Assembly (NCBI GenBank): GCA_963747235.1 | Contig: CAVVEU010000033.1 | Coordinates: 338,728-402,727, forward strand | Direction of reading: 5' to 3' | Origin: an uncultured Candidatus Rokubacteria bacterium | Lineage (GTDB): Bacteria; Methylomirabilota; Methylomirabilia; Rokubacteriales; CSP1-6 | Length of the DNA stretch: 64,000 nt | Part shown: one piece after another, positions 42,987 through 52,395 of the stretch | Numbering within the stretch: position 1 is the first letter of the stretch | Layout: each line of letters opens with the position of its first letter | Program-made: the position numbers and the translations under genes | The notes under the pieces: generated by a model | Told to the model about the DNA's origin: nothing | The model's database searches: none | What the model saw: the letters and a program-made list of their open reading frames with translations, nothing else

Positions 42987-43489
42987 CCCGGCGCCACGTG
43001 CCCGCACTTGCCGCACGTGCGGTGCGCGGCGGAGCCGTAGAACTCCGCGTAGACCTCGGACACCGGATCGTCGCGCCAGTCGCCCACCTGCCGCACCGCC
43101 TGGTGGAGCGGCGCGTCGCACGCCGGGCAGTACCAGAGGAAGCGATCCAGCTCGCCCGCCCGCCGCTTGCGCTCCAGCACCAGCACGTAGGCGTCCGCGG
43201 GGAAGCGCGGCGAGTGCGGGGTGCCCGCCGGGCAGTGCAGGATCTCGCCCTCGCGGATCACCGCGACCTTCTCGGCCCCGTCGGGGGTGCGGTAGTGCAG
43301 GTTCATGTCGCCGCGGATCATGTACATGACCTCGTCGCTCGGGTCGACGTGGAACTCGCTCCGGCCCTCGCGGCCGCGGGCCACGAAGGCGATCGAGTCG
43401 TCCGTCTGCCAGAGCACGTTGACCGGCTTCGTGGCCGCCCCGATGATGGCGGTGATCTGGTCGAGGTCCAGCGCGCGCATGGCGTTCAT
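42962..43489 (-). CDS. nbaC: 3-hydroxyanthranilate 3,4-dioxygenase (3-HAO)-like cupin
   Basis: RSEFHVDPSDE, PHSPR, LERKR, WYCPAC...RTCGKCG rubredoxin-like iron site. Confidence 0.8.
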   Translation of the reverse strand: MNAMRALDLDQITAIIGAATKPVNVLWQTDDSIAFVARGREGRSEFHVDPSDEVMYMIRGDMNLHYRTPDGAEKVAVIREGEILHCPAGTPHSPRFPADAYVLVLERKRRAGELDRFLWYCPACDAPLHQAVRQVGDWRDDPVSEVYAEFYGSAAHRTCGKCGHVAPGQPASVAG

Positions 43490-43637
43490 GGTCCGTCCCT
43501 CCCGTTCGCCACCGTACGCCGCGGCTCCGCGAGCGTCAACATCACCAACCGGCTATACTTCCGGGCGGAGGGCCCACGCCATGCAGATTCGCCGCCGGCC
43601 AGACCTCGAGCAGCCGGGATGTGCCGCCGCGACGCCG

Positions 43638-43973
43638 ATGTCGGTGGACGAGCTCCTGGCCCGGTTTCCCGAGGTGCCCCGCGACCTGCGCGACGAGCCC
43701 ACCCTCCAGGAGTACACGCGGGCCTTCGGCCCCCTGCTGCGGCTGGCCGAGAAGCCCACACCCTGCATGGGTGCCGGGGCCGACGCCCAGCACGTGTTCT
43801 ATCTCCGGCTCGTGAACGACCTGGCCATCTACGGCATCGGCCTCGCCAAGCGCGATCGGACCCTGGCGCGGCTCGCGGCCCTGCTCGAGCAGCACCGCAA
43901 GCAGCCGGCCACCTTCGCCTGCACCCTCGTGCCCCGGCGGGCGCCGGGAACCCCCCGCGCCGGCTGCGCCTAG
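43638..43973 (+). CDS. Hypothetical protein (alternative start 43581)
   Basis: Host-like codon bias; three Cys; directly upstream of the Sec peroxiredoxin. Confidence 0.6.
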   Translation: MSVDELLARFPEVPRDLRDEPTLQEYTRAFGPLLRLAEKPTPCMGAGADAQHVFYLRLVNDLAIYGIGLAKRDRTLARLAALLEQHRKQPATFACTLVPRRAPGTPRAGCA

Positions 43974-44009
43974 ACACCGTCCCGCGCCGGCGGGTACCAA
44001 GGAGACCTC

Positions 44010-44444
44010 ATGCTCAACCCAGGAGACAAGGCGCCGGATTTCACCGGCCGCGATCACAACGGCAACCCGGTGAAGCTCGCGGACTTCAAGGGCAAGGCGG
44101 TCGTGCTCTGGTTCTACCCCAAGGCCGACACGCCGGGCTGAACCGCCGAGGGTTGCGGGTTCCGCGACCTCAAGGCCGAGTACGACAGCAAGAACGCGGT
44201 GATCCTCGGGGTGTCGTTCGATACCCCCGCCGAGAACAAGCAGTTCGCCGAGAAGTTCTCCTTCAACTTCCCCCTGATCTGTGACACCGACCGGACGATC
44301 GGCACCGCCTACGGCGCCAACGCGGACCCGCAGAAGGGCGCGCAGCGCGTCGGGGTGGTGATCGATCGGGACGGCAAGATCAAGGAGTGGCACGCCCGCG
44401 TGGATGCCCGCGCCTGGCCGGCCGAGGTGCTGAAAACGCTGTAG
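44010..44444 (+). CDS. bcp: Selenocysteine-containing peroxiredoxin (BCP/PrxQ family), Sec44 at 44139-44141
   Basis: AAGGAG RBS; MLNPGDKAPDF...WFYPKADTPG-TGA-TAEGCGFRD..ILGVSFD; frame continues after the TGA to TAG 44444. Confidence 0.9.
44148..44171 (+). promoter_or_regulatory. Putative bacterial SECIS hairpin of the peroxiredoxin gene
   Basis: GGTTGCGG-GTT-CCGCGACC 8-bp stem (one G-U pair), G-initiated loop 17 nt after the UGA. Confidence 0.7.
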
Positions 44445-44507
44445 CCTTGAACATCGGCGGGGTTCGCGACCGGCTTCTAATGTGATGGTCCTGATGTGGA
44501 TCGCGCG

Positions 44508-45591
44508 ATGAGACCGGTGGCCGCGGACGAGATCGAGAGCCTCGCCATCGGCGCCTGGATCCTGGGCACCGGCGGCGGCGGCAGCCCGTACCTCGGCGCT
44601 CCTCAACATGCGCCAGCTCTACCGGCGAGGGCGTCAGCGTCGCCGCTCATGGATCCCGCGGAGCTCGCCGACGACGACCTGGTGGCCGTGGTGTCGAACA
44701 TGGGCGCGCCGCTGGTCGGCCAGGAGCGCCTCACCGATCCCAAGCCATCGCGCAGCGCGGTGACGCATGATGGAGGAGCTACCTCGGGCCGGCAGTTCCG
44801 CGCCGTCATGTCGCTCGAGATCGGCGGCGGCAACTCGATCCAGCCCTTCATGGCCGCCGCGCATGCTGGGCCTGCCCGTGGTCGACGCCGACGCGATGGG
44901 CCGCGCCTTCCCCGAGGCGCAGATGACCAGCTTCGCCATCCACGATCTCCAGATGTACCCGCTCACGCTGGTCGACGTCCGCGACAACGCGGTGATCGTC
45001 GCCCGCGCCGCGAGCTGGAAGTGGATGGAGCGGATCAGCCGCAAGGCCTGCGTCGAGGTCGGCTCGATCGCCTCCACCTGCAAGGCGCCGCGCACCGGCA
45101 AGGAGGTGAAGGAGTGCGGCATCCTCTACACCACCACCAAGGCGATCGGCATCGGCCAGGCGGTGCAGGCGGCGCGCCGGCGCACCGCGATCCCGATCGA
45201 GGCGGTGCTCGAGGCCGAGGGCGGCAAGCTGCTCTTCAGCGGCAAGATGCACGACATCGCGCGGCGCACCACCGAGGGCTTCCTCCGCGGCACCGCGACC
45301 ATCGACGGCCTCGACGCGATTCCGCGGCCACACCTTCAGCTCGCCTTCCAGAACGAGTTCGCGGTCGGCTGGCTCGACGGCGCGCCGCGCGTCATGACGC
45401 CCGACCTGATCTGCGTGCTCGACACGCGTGTCCGGCGAGGCGATCGGCACCGAGACTCCTGCGCTACGGCCAGCGCGTCACCGTCATCGCCCTGCCCGCC
45501 CCGCCGATCCTGCTCACGCCCGAAGGGGCCTCGAGCACGTCGGCCCGCGCGCCTTCGGCTACGACCTCGACTTCCGTCGGTGTTCGCGTGA
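44508..45591 (+). CDS. DUF917 domain protein, frameshifted
   Basis: LGTGGGG, EIGGGNS, DADAMGRAFPE, FQNE, PDLICVLD, LRYGQRV. Confidence 0.85.
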
Positions 45592-47146
45592 GACGGCGCA
45601 TCGGCATCGACGTGGGCGGCACCAACACCGACGCCGTCCTGCTCGAGGACGACGCGGTGGCCGCGGCGGTCAAGACCCCCACCACCGCGGACGTCACCGC
45701 CGGGATCACGCCGCGCCCTCGCCGCGCTGGTGGAGCAGGCACCCGGCGCGCGCGCGAGGCCCACGCGGTGATGATCGGCACCACCCACTTCACCAACGCG
45801 GTGGTCCAGCGGCGCGACCTCGGCCGCGTCGCCGCGGTGCGCATCGGCCTGCCCTCGGGCGCGTCGCTGCCGCCCTTCGTGGACTGGCCGGAGGACCTGG
45901 CCGCGCTGGTGCGCGGGCGAGGTGGTGATGCTCGAGGGCGGCCACGAGTACGACGGCCGCCCGCTCGTGCCGTTCGACGCGCGCGGGCATGCGCGCGGCC
46001 GCGCGGCGGATCCGCGACGCCGGGCATCCGCTCGGTCGCGGTCGCCGCGGTCTTCTCGCCGCTGAACGCCTCGTGCGAGGAGGAGGCCGCCGCGATCCTC
46101 CGCGAGGAATGCCCGGACGTCGCGGTCACCCTCTCGCACCGGCTCGGCCGCATCGGCCTGCTCGAGCGCGAGAACGCGGCGCTGCTCAACGCCTGCCTCA
46201 TCGAGCTGGCCCGCGAAGACCACGCGGGCGTTCACCGCAGGCGCTGCGCGCGAGCGGCATCGCGGCGCCGCTCTACCTCACCCAGAACGACGGCACGGTC
46301 ATGCTGGCCGAGGTGGCCGAGGCGCTACCCGGTCTACTCCTTCGCGTCGGGGCCGACCAACTCGATGCGCGGCGCCGCCTTCCTGTCCGAAGCGCGACGA
46401 GGCCCTCGTCATCGACGTGGGCGGCACCACCACCGACATCGGCAGCCTGCGCCACGGCTTCCCGCGCGAGGCCAACAACGTGGTCGAGATCGGCGGCGTC
46501 CGCACGCTCTTCCGCATGCCCGATCTGCTCTCGCTGGGCCTGGGCGGCGGGACGCGTGTCGTGCCGACGCCGGCCGCTCACGATCGGGCCGGCCAGCGTC
46601 GGCTATCGCCTCACCGAGCAGGCGCTCGTGTTCGGCGGCGACGTCCTCACCGTCACCGACGTCGCGGTCGCCGCCGGGCTCATCGACCTCGGCGACCGCC
46701 GGCGCGTGGCCGTCGCTGCCCGCCGGCGCTGGTGGAGGAGGCGCTCGCGCGCATCCGCGCCATGATCGAGGAAGGCGTGGACCGCATGAAGACCGACGCG
46801 GGCGACGCCCCGCTGATCGCGGTGGGCGGCGGGTCGTTCCTGGTGCCGCCGCGCCTGGCCGGCGTCTCCGAGGTGCTCAACGTGCCGCACCAGGCGGTGG
46901 CCAACGCGGTGGGCGCCGCGATCGCCCAGGTGAGCGGCGAGGTGGACCAGATCTTCCAGGACCTCACCCGGGACGAGGCCATCGCGCGCGGCCCGCCGGG
47001 CCGCCGAGGACAAGGCGGTCGCGGCCGGCGCCGACCGGGCCACCATCAACGTGGTCGAGGTGGAGGACCTGCCGCTCGCCTACCTGCCCGGCAACTCGCT
47101 GCGCACCCGCGTCCGCGTCGTCGGCGAGATCGCCCGGCAGCCCTAG
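45588..47146 (+). CDS. Hydantoinase/oxoprolinase family protein, frameshifted
   Basis: IGIDVGGTNTDAV, IGTTHFTNA, LERENA, SGPTNSMRGA, DVGGTTTD, ANAVGAA. Confidence 0.88.
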
Positions 47147-47228
47147 CCGCCCTCCCGGAGCAATTGGCCCTGGGGCGCAAGTTCAGGTACAGTAAGGGCG
47201 TAGCGTGACAGTCCCGCGGAGGAGCCCC

Positions 47229-47507
47229 ATGAGCGACGATCTGATGACCAAGGTGCAGGACCTGATCGAGAACATGATCAACCCGGCCGTCGCCGGCCAC
47301 GGCGGGTTCGTCCAGCTCGTGGACGTCAAGGACAACAAGGTGTACTTGCAGATGGGCGGCGGCTGCCAGGGCTGCGGGGCCGCGGACGTCACGCTGAAGC
47401 AGGGCATCGAGCGGCTGATCAAGGAAGAGCTCCCCGAGATCGAGGAAGTGCTGGACACCACCGACCACGCCTCGGGCGACAACCCGTACTACCAGCCGTC
47501 GAAGTAG
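47229..47507 (+). CDS. NifU/NfuA C-terminal domain Fe-S carrier protein
   Basis: INPAVAGHGG, GGGCQGC, TLKQGIE, DTTDH..NPYY. Confidence 0.88.
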   Translation: MSDDLMTKVQDLIENMINPAVAGHGGFVQLVDVKDNKVYLQMGGGCQGCGAADVTLKQGIERLIKEELPEIEEVLDTTDHASGDNPYYQPSK

Positions 47508-47535
47508 CGCGGCTCTCGAGCCCCCTCGACTCTAG

Positions 47536-47615
47536 CCCCTCACCCTACCCTCTCCCCTCTGGGGAGAGGGTTTCGTTTCTCGCTCCCTCTCTGGGGAGAG
47601 GGCCGGGGTGAGGGG
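47536..47615. repeat. Inverted pair of REP-like elements (BIME-like)
   Basis: CCCCTCACCCTACCCTCTCCCCTCTGGGGAGAGGG (47536-47570) and an inverted copy 47585-47615 between convergent genes. Confidence 0.8.
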
Positions 47616-48211
47616 CCGCCGAGCGCGCGGCGGAGCCAGTCCCAGGCGCGGATCGCCATGAGCAGGATGAAGGCGGCCGCGTAGTAGTAGGGGTCGGGGT
47701 TCGCCTTCTTGGCCAGCCAGAGGTAGTGCAGCACCGCGCAGACCCCGATCACGTAGACCAGCCGGTGCAGCCACTGCCACCGCGTCCCGCCGAGGCGCCG
47801 GATCGCGCCGGCGGTGGAGGTGGCGGCCAGCGGGATCATCAGCACCAGGGCGGCCATCCCGACCGTGATGTACGGCCGCTTGACGATGTCGGCGCCCATC
47901 TGGCCCCACGCGAAGAAGTGGTCGAGCACGAGCCAGACCGAGAAGTGCAGCACGACGTAGAAGAAGGCGAAGAGGCCGAGCAGGCGGCGCAGCGCCACCG
48001 GCCAGGACCAGCGGAAGAGGAGCCGCAGCGGCGTCATGGCCAGGCTCACGAGCAGGATGCGCAGCGTCCAGTCGCCCAGCCAGTTGGTGATGAAGCTGAT
48101 CGGGTTGGCGGTCAGGTCATCGGTGGCCGCGCGATAGAGGAGCCACGCGAGCGGCGCGAGGCAGGCGGCCCACACCGCGACCTTCAGCGCGACGCGGCCG
48201 CGCCGGGTCAC
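47540..48211 (-). CDS. msrQ: Heme-binding membrane subunit MsrQ
   Basis: ANPI, LAMTPLR, RRLLGLFAFFY, KRPYITVG, LAATS, WQWLHRLVY. Confidence 0.9.
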   Translation of the reverse strand: MTRRGRVALKVAVWAACLAPLAWLLYRAATDDLTANPISFITNWLGDWTLRILLVSLAMTPLRLLFRWSWPVALRRLLGLFAFFYVVLHFSVWLVLDHFFAWGQMGADIVKRPYITVGMAALVLMIPLAATSTAGAIRRLGGTRWQWLHRLVYVIGVCAVLHYLWLAKKANPDPYYYAAAFILLMAIRAWDWLRRALGGPSPRPSPQRGSEKRNPLPRGERVG

Positions 48212-49176
48212 TAGTACTGCTTCTTCAGATCCATCCCGGAGTAGAGCCCCGCCACCTGGTCGTACCCGTTGAACATCAGGGTCTCGCGACGGCGGAACTC
48301 GCCGATGCGCCGCTCGGTCGCCTGGCTCCAGCGGGGGTGATCCACCTTGGGATTGACGTTGGAGTAGAAGCCGTACTCCTGGGGCGCCGCCTTGTTCCAC
48401 GCCGTCTTGGGCTCGTCGGCGGTGAGCCGGATGCGCACGAGGGACTTGGCGCTCTTGAACCCGTACTTCCACGGGATCACGACGCGGATCGGCGCGCCGT
48501 TCTGGTTCGGCAGCACCTGGCCGTACATCCCGACGGTCAGCAGGGTCAGCGGGTGGAGCGCCTCGTCGAGGCGCAGCCCTTCCGTGTAGGGCCAGTCGAG
48601 CCCGCCGAAGTTGAACAGGCCCTTCTTCTGGCCGGGGAACTGCTCGGGATCCACGAGCGTGGAGAACTCCACGTACTTGGCCGCGCCGGTGGGCTCGACG
48701 CGCTTCAGGAGCGCGGCGAGCGGGAAGCCGATCCACGGGATCACCATGGACCAGCCCTCGACGCAGCGCAGGCGGTAGACGCGCTCCTCGAGCGGCGCCA
48801 TCTTGAGGATGTCGTCCACGTCGAAGGTCGCCGGCCTGAGGGCCAGCCCGTCCACCTGCACCTTCCACGGCCGCGGCTTGAGCGTGCCCGCGAGCTGCGC
48901 CGGGTCGTCCTTGTTGACCCCGAACTCGTAGAAGTTGTTGTAGGTGGTCGCGTCCTGGAACTTGGTGGTGGCGTCCGCGAGGTCGAAGGCCTTGTTGCGG
49001 GCGGCCGCCAGGGGCTGACCGGCGGCGGGCGGCGCGGCGGCCCGGGCCGTCCGGGGCGTCAGGGCCAGCGCGGCGGCACCCGCCACCGAGCCCGTCATGA
49101 AGGCGCGCCGGTTCAGGTACAGCGCCTGGTCCGTGATCTCCCCGCTCTTGATGTCGCCGCCCCGCTTGATCAGCAT
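48211..49176 (-). CDS. msrP: Protein-methionine-sulfoxide reductase catalytic subunit MsrP
   Basis: Tat motif [50 protein letters not shown]. Confidence 0.95.
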   Translation of the reverse strand: MLIKRGGDIKSGEITDQALYLNRRAFMTGSVAGAAALALTPRTARAAAPPAAGQPLAAARNKAFDLADATTKFQDATTYNNFYEFGVNKDDPAQLAGTLKPRPWKVQVDGLALRPATFDVDDILKMAPLEERVYRLRCVEGWSMVIPWIGFPLAALLKRVEPTGAAKYVEFSTLVDPEQFPGQKKGLFNFGGLDWPYTEGLRLDEALHPLTLLTVGMYGQVLPNQNGAPIRVVIPWKYGFKSAKSLVRIRLTADEPKTAWNKAAPQEYGFYSNVNPKVDHPRWSQATERRIGEFRRRETLMFNGYDQVAGLYSGMDLKKQY

Positions 49177-49370
49177 GTCTGCCCGTCCTCCTGTTCCGTC
49201 GAGTGTAGCAGCCGGTGCCCGGCGGATGTCACGGGGGTGTGAACCCTTCGCCCCTACCCGGTGAGGGTGCCGCTGCGCCCCGCCCCCATCCGTGGGTCCA
49301 CCCTCGGGGCCGCCCGGGCTCCTTATTTCTGCGGGGTTGGCCCGCGCCGCCCTCTAACCTCTAACCTAAG

Positions 49371-50162
49371 ATGATGGCGCGGACCATGGGGATCCGGAGC
49401 GGCGTGACGGCGCTCGCGGCAGGCCTTCTGCTCTCGGCCTGCGCCTCCGCGCCCGAGGGCACCTACTATGCCTCGCCCGCCGATCCGACGACCGTCCGCA
49501 TGTCGCATATCCTCCACCGGGCGGCCATCGCGAGCGGCGACGACCCGCAGCGGTACGGGTTCGCCTTCATCAAGAGCCCCACCGCGGCCGCCTACAGCGA
49601 CGAGGACGCCACGTTCTACTTCACCGACGGGCTCATGCGCCAGCCGGCCCCGGTCATCGAGGCCGTGGTGGCGCACGAGGTGGCCCACGAGGTGCTGGGC
49701 CACGTGGGCACGCGGCGCAAGCTGTCGCTGTCGCTCACCGCGAGCTTCGGCGCCCTCGGCATCTTCGCGCCGGGCGCGGGGCTGCTCGACTTCGTGGTCA
49801 ACCCGCTGGTGGTGCGCGCCTTCGGCCGCCACCAGGAGCTGCAGGCCGACCAGAAGGCCGTCGAGATCCTGCGCGCGATGGGCCACGCGGCGCCCCGCCG
49901 GACGCTGGCCACCGCGCTCGAGGCCATCGCGGCCCACACGCCCCGGGAGCGCGAGGGGCTGGAGGGCTTGCTGGCCACGCATCCCACGATCGACGATCGG
50001 CTGGCCGCGCTGATCCCGCTGGAGGCCCGCGGCGAAGCCGGCGGCCAATCCGGTCGCGCGGGCGAAGCCGCCGCGCTAGGCGGTTCCCCTCTCCCCTCTC
50101 GGAGGGAGCTGTCTGGCGAGCTATGCCGGCGCGCTGGTCCCTGCCTGCTATCCTGCGGATGA
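49371..50162 (+). CDS. M48 family metallopeptidase, probable lipoprotein (true stop may be near 50079)
   Basis: LSAC lipobox, AHEVAH zinc motif, QELQAD, THP..DRL. Confidence 0.85.
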   Translation: MMARTMGIRSGVTALAAGLLLSACASAPEGTYYASPADPTTVRMSHILHRAAIASGDDPQRYGFAFIKSPTAAAYSDEDATFYFTDGLMRQPAPVIEAVVAHEVAHEVLGHVGTRRKLSLSLTASFGALGIFAPGAGLLDFVVNPLVVRAFGRHQELQADQKAVEILRAMGHAAPRRTLATALEAIAAHTPREREGLEGLLATHPTIDDRLAALIPLEARGEAGGQSGRAGEAAALGGSPLPSRRELSGELCRRAGPCLLSCG

Positions 50163-50687
50163 TGCCGAACCTATCGGACGGGCCAACGCCGCACCGCCAC
50201 GAGCAGGTCGCTCGGTCTTGCTCGTGCCATCGCTCCGGCCGGCAGCTCATCGCGCGGACGCCCAAACTCCTGAGAACGATGTATCGGGCACACTTGCGAA
50301 CGTGCCGCCGCGCGGGATGAACTAGTGGCGAACCGAGCCGAACAGGCCGGCCTCCGGGTCGCGGATGTCCCGCGCTCATCGCTGGCGAAGCTCGCCCGCC
50401 TGTACCGGCTCGACGACAAGGTGCGAGCGGGGTCGCGGCAAGCTCGACGGCGCGGACGTTCGCCAAGACCGCGGAGGACCGGCTAGACGGACGACCCCTC
50501 CCCTTCGGGCGACGGGCGGGCGGGCACGCAGATACAAGATGCCTCTCAGCGTAGGTTCGGACGCGCGGCGCGTCAATTCTTCAGCGCGAACAATGCCAGT
50601 TAGTTTGACCGCATTGCGTCCGAAGAAGCCTACGATGTGGGCGTACGTGCGGGGCTAGTAGTGCCACGGGATCGACGGGGGGCCGCC

Positions 50688-51362
50688 ATGGGGCGTATCC
50701 GGGCTGCCGGGTTCGATGCGAAGACCTTCCTGACGAAGGCCCGCACGGGACGAGCGATGGCCGTGTACCGGGGGAAGCAAGTCGTCTACGCCCAAGGAGA
50801 TCCGGCGGACGCGGTGTTTTACCTCGAGAGCGGGCAGGTCAAGCTGACCGTGGTCGCGCAACGGGGGAAATCGGCGGTCCTGGCCATACTCGGACACGGG
50901 GACTTCTTTGGCGAAGGGTGTCTCGCCGGCCAGCCCATTCGGACGACTGCCGCGTTAGCCATGACCGAGGTGTCGGTCGTGCGAGTCGAGAAGCAAGCCA
51001 TGATCGGGCTCCTCCACGACCGGTCGATCTTCTCCGAGTGCTTCATGGCGCACCTGTTGGCCCGCAATATGCGCTTTGAGGAAGACCTGGTGGATCAGCT
51101 GTTCAACCCGAGCGAGAAGCGATTGGCGCGGGTGCTCTTGTTGCTGGCCCGCTCTGGCAAGGAAGGGGAGCCCGAGCCGATGCTTCCGAAGATCAGTCAA
51201 GAAGTACTGGCGGAGATGGTCGGTACCACTCGATCGCGGATCAACGTGTTCATGAACAAGTTCAGAAAGCTCGGCTTCATCGAATACAAGGACGGCCTGC
51301 ACATTCATAGCTCCTTGCTCAACGTCCTGCTACATGAGGAAGCCACCAGTAGCATCGAATGA
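50688..51362 (+). CDS. Crp/Fnr family transcriptional regulator
   Basis: QGDPADAVFY, GDFFGEGCL, SEKRLAR, SQEVLAEMVGTTRSRIN HTH. Confidence 0.92.
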   Translation: MGRIRAAGFDAKTFLTKARTGRAMAVYRGKQVVYAQGDPADAVFYLESGQVKLTVVAQRGKSAVLAILGHGDFFGEGCLAGQPIRTTAALAMTEVSVVRVEKQAMIGLLHDRSIFSECFMAHLLARNMRFEEDLVDQLFNPSEKRLARVLLLLARSGKEGEPEPMLPKISQEVLAEMVGTTRSRINVFMNKFRKLGFIEYKDGLHIHSSLLNVLLHEEATSSIE

Positions 51363-51472
51363 CCCGAGCCGCTCGCAGACAGGCTGCGAGGCCGGGGCTA
51401 GCAACCCGCACAAGGGTCGCTGCTTCTTCGCGGGCGAGAGCCGCGCGCGCGGCTGAGTCCCAGCTACTCGGC

Positions 51473-51643
51473 TTACCGTTCGTTGGTCATCAGCGTCCAC
51501 TTCTGCCCGCCCTGATCGATGAGCTTCCATATGTTCCCGAGACTATCCAACGCATACAAGACAGTAACCATCGTCTCCCTCACCGTCCCCTGGTGTAGAT
51601 GAAGGGCAACCGAAGACATCTGGATAAACTGGCCATCAACCAT
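51473..51643 (-). CDS. Small hypothetical protein
   Basis: MVDGQFIQ...VLYALDSLGNIWKL...KW; protein-like composition in a lower-GC patch. Confidence 0.45.
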   Translation of the reverse strand: MVDGQFIQMSSVALHLHQGTVRETMVTVLYALDSLGNIWKLIDQGGQKWTLMTNER

Positions 51644-51954
51644 GGAGGCCTCCGCAATCATTCGAGCAGATCCGTTCACGGCACGCCGAGCGCCTCGCCA
51701 GGGTCGGGACGCCCGAAGGAGCTGCCTCACGAGGACGGCGCATCTCGCCTTCAGGTGCGGCCGCAGCACCCAGCTGCGCGGCGAGGAGACCCAGATGCTC
51801 CCGTCACATGCTCCGGGAGAGCCCCCGTCAGGTGACTCCCGAGGATCTCTCGGACACGAGCCTCCTGGGCGCGAGAGACATGCGAGGCAGTGACCAGCAC
51901 CTTCGCCTCGCGGCAGGCAGCACCTGGTGCTGCCCCGGCCTTGAGGAGAGAGGG

Positions 51955-52395
51955 TCAGGGGGAGGTGGTGATCGGCCGGGTGCCGGCCACGAAGTCGGAC
52001 AGCGCGCGCCGGTCGCGCGTGAACAGCACGAACAGCCGCCCGAGCCCGAGCGTGAGCAGGCAGAGCCCCCCGCCCACGCAGCGCAGCAGCGCCCGGCCGT
52101 AGCCCGCGGGGGCGCCGTCCCGGCGCACCACCGCGACGCCCATCAGCATCTTCCCGAGGGTCTGCCCGCAGCCACCGACCAGCACCGTGTGGTAGATCAC
52201 GTGGAGGGCCACGCCCAGCGCCAGGATCGCCAGGGCCAGGATGAGGCCGTCGAGCAGGTCGAGCGGCTTCGCGCGGAACACCAGCACCGCGACGAGCAGC
52301 CACATGGCCGCGAGGCTCCAGGCGATGACGCCCAGGAGCGCGTCGGCCATCGCGGCGGCGGCGAGCCGCCAGAGGGGGGCCGGCCGCGGGCCCAT
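51955..52395 (-). CDS. RDD family membrane protein
   Basis: APLWRLAA..AD, GQTLGKMLMG, RALLR, RRALSDFVAGT. Confidence 0.88.
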   Translation of the reverse strand: MGPRPAPLWRLAAAAMADALLGVIAWSLAAMWLLVAVLVFRAKPLDLLDGLILALAILALGVALHVIYHTVLVGGCGQTLGKMLMGVAVVRRDGAPAGYGRALLRCVGGGLCLLTLGLGRLFVLFTRDRRALSDFVAGTRPITTSP

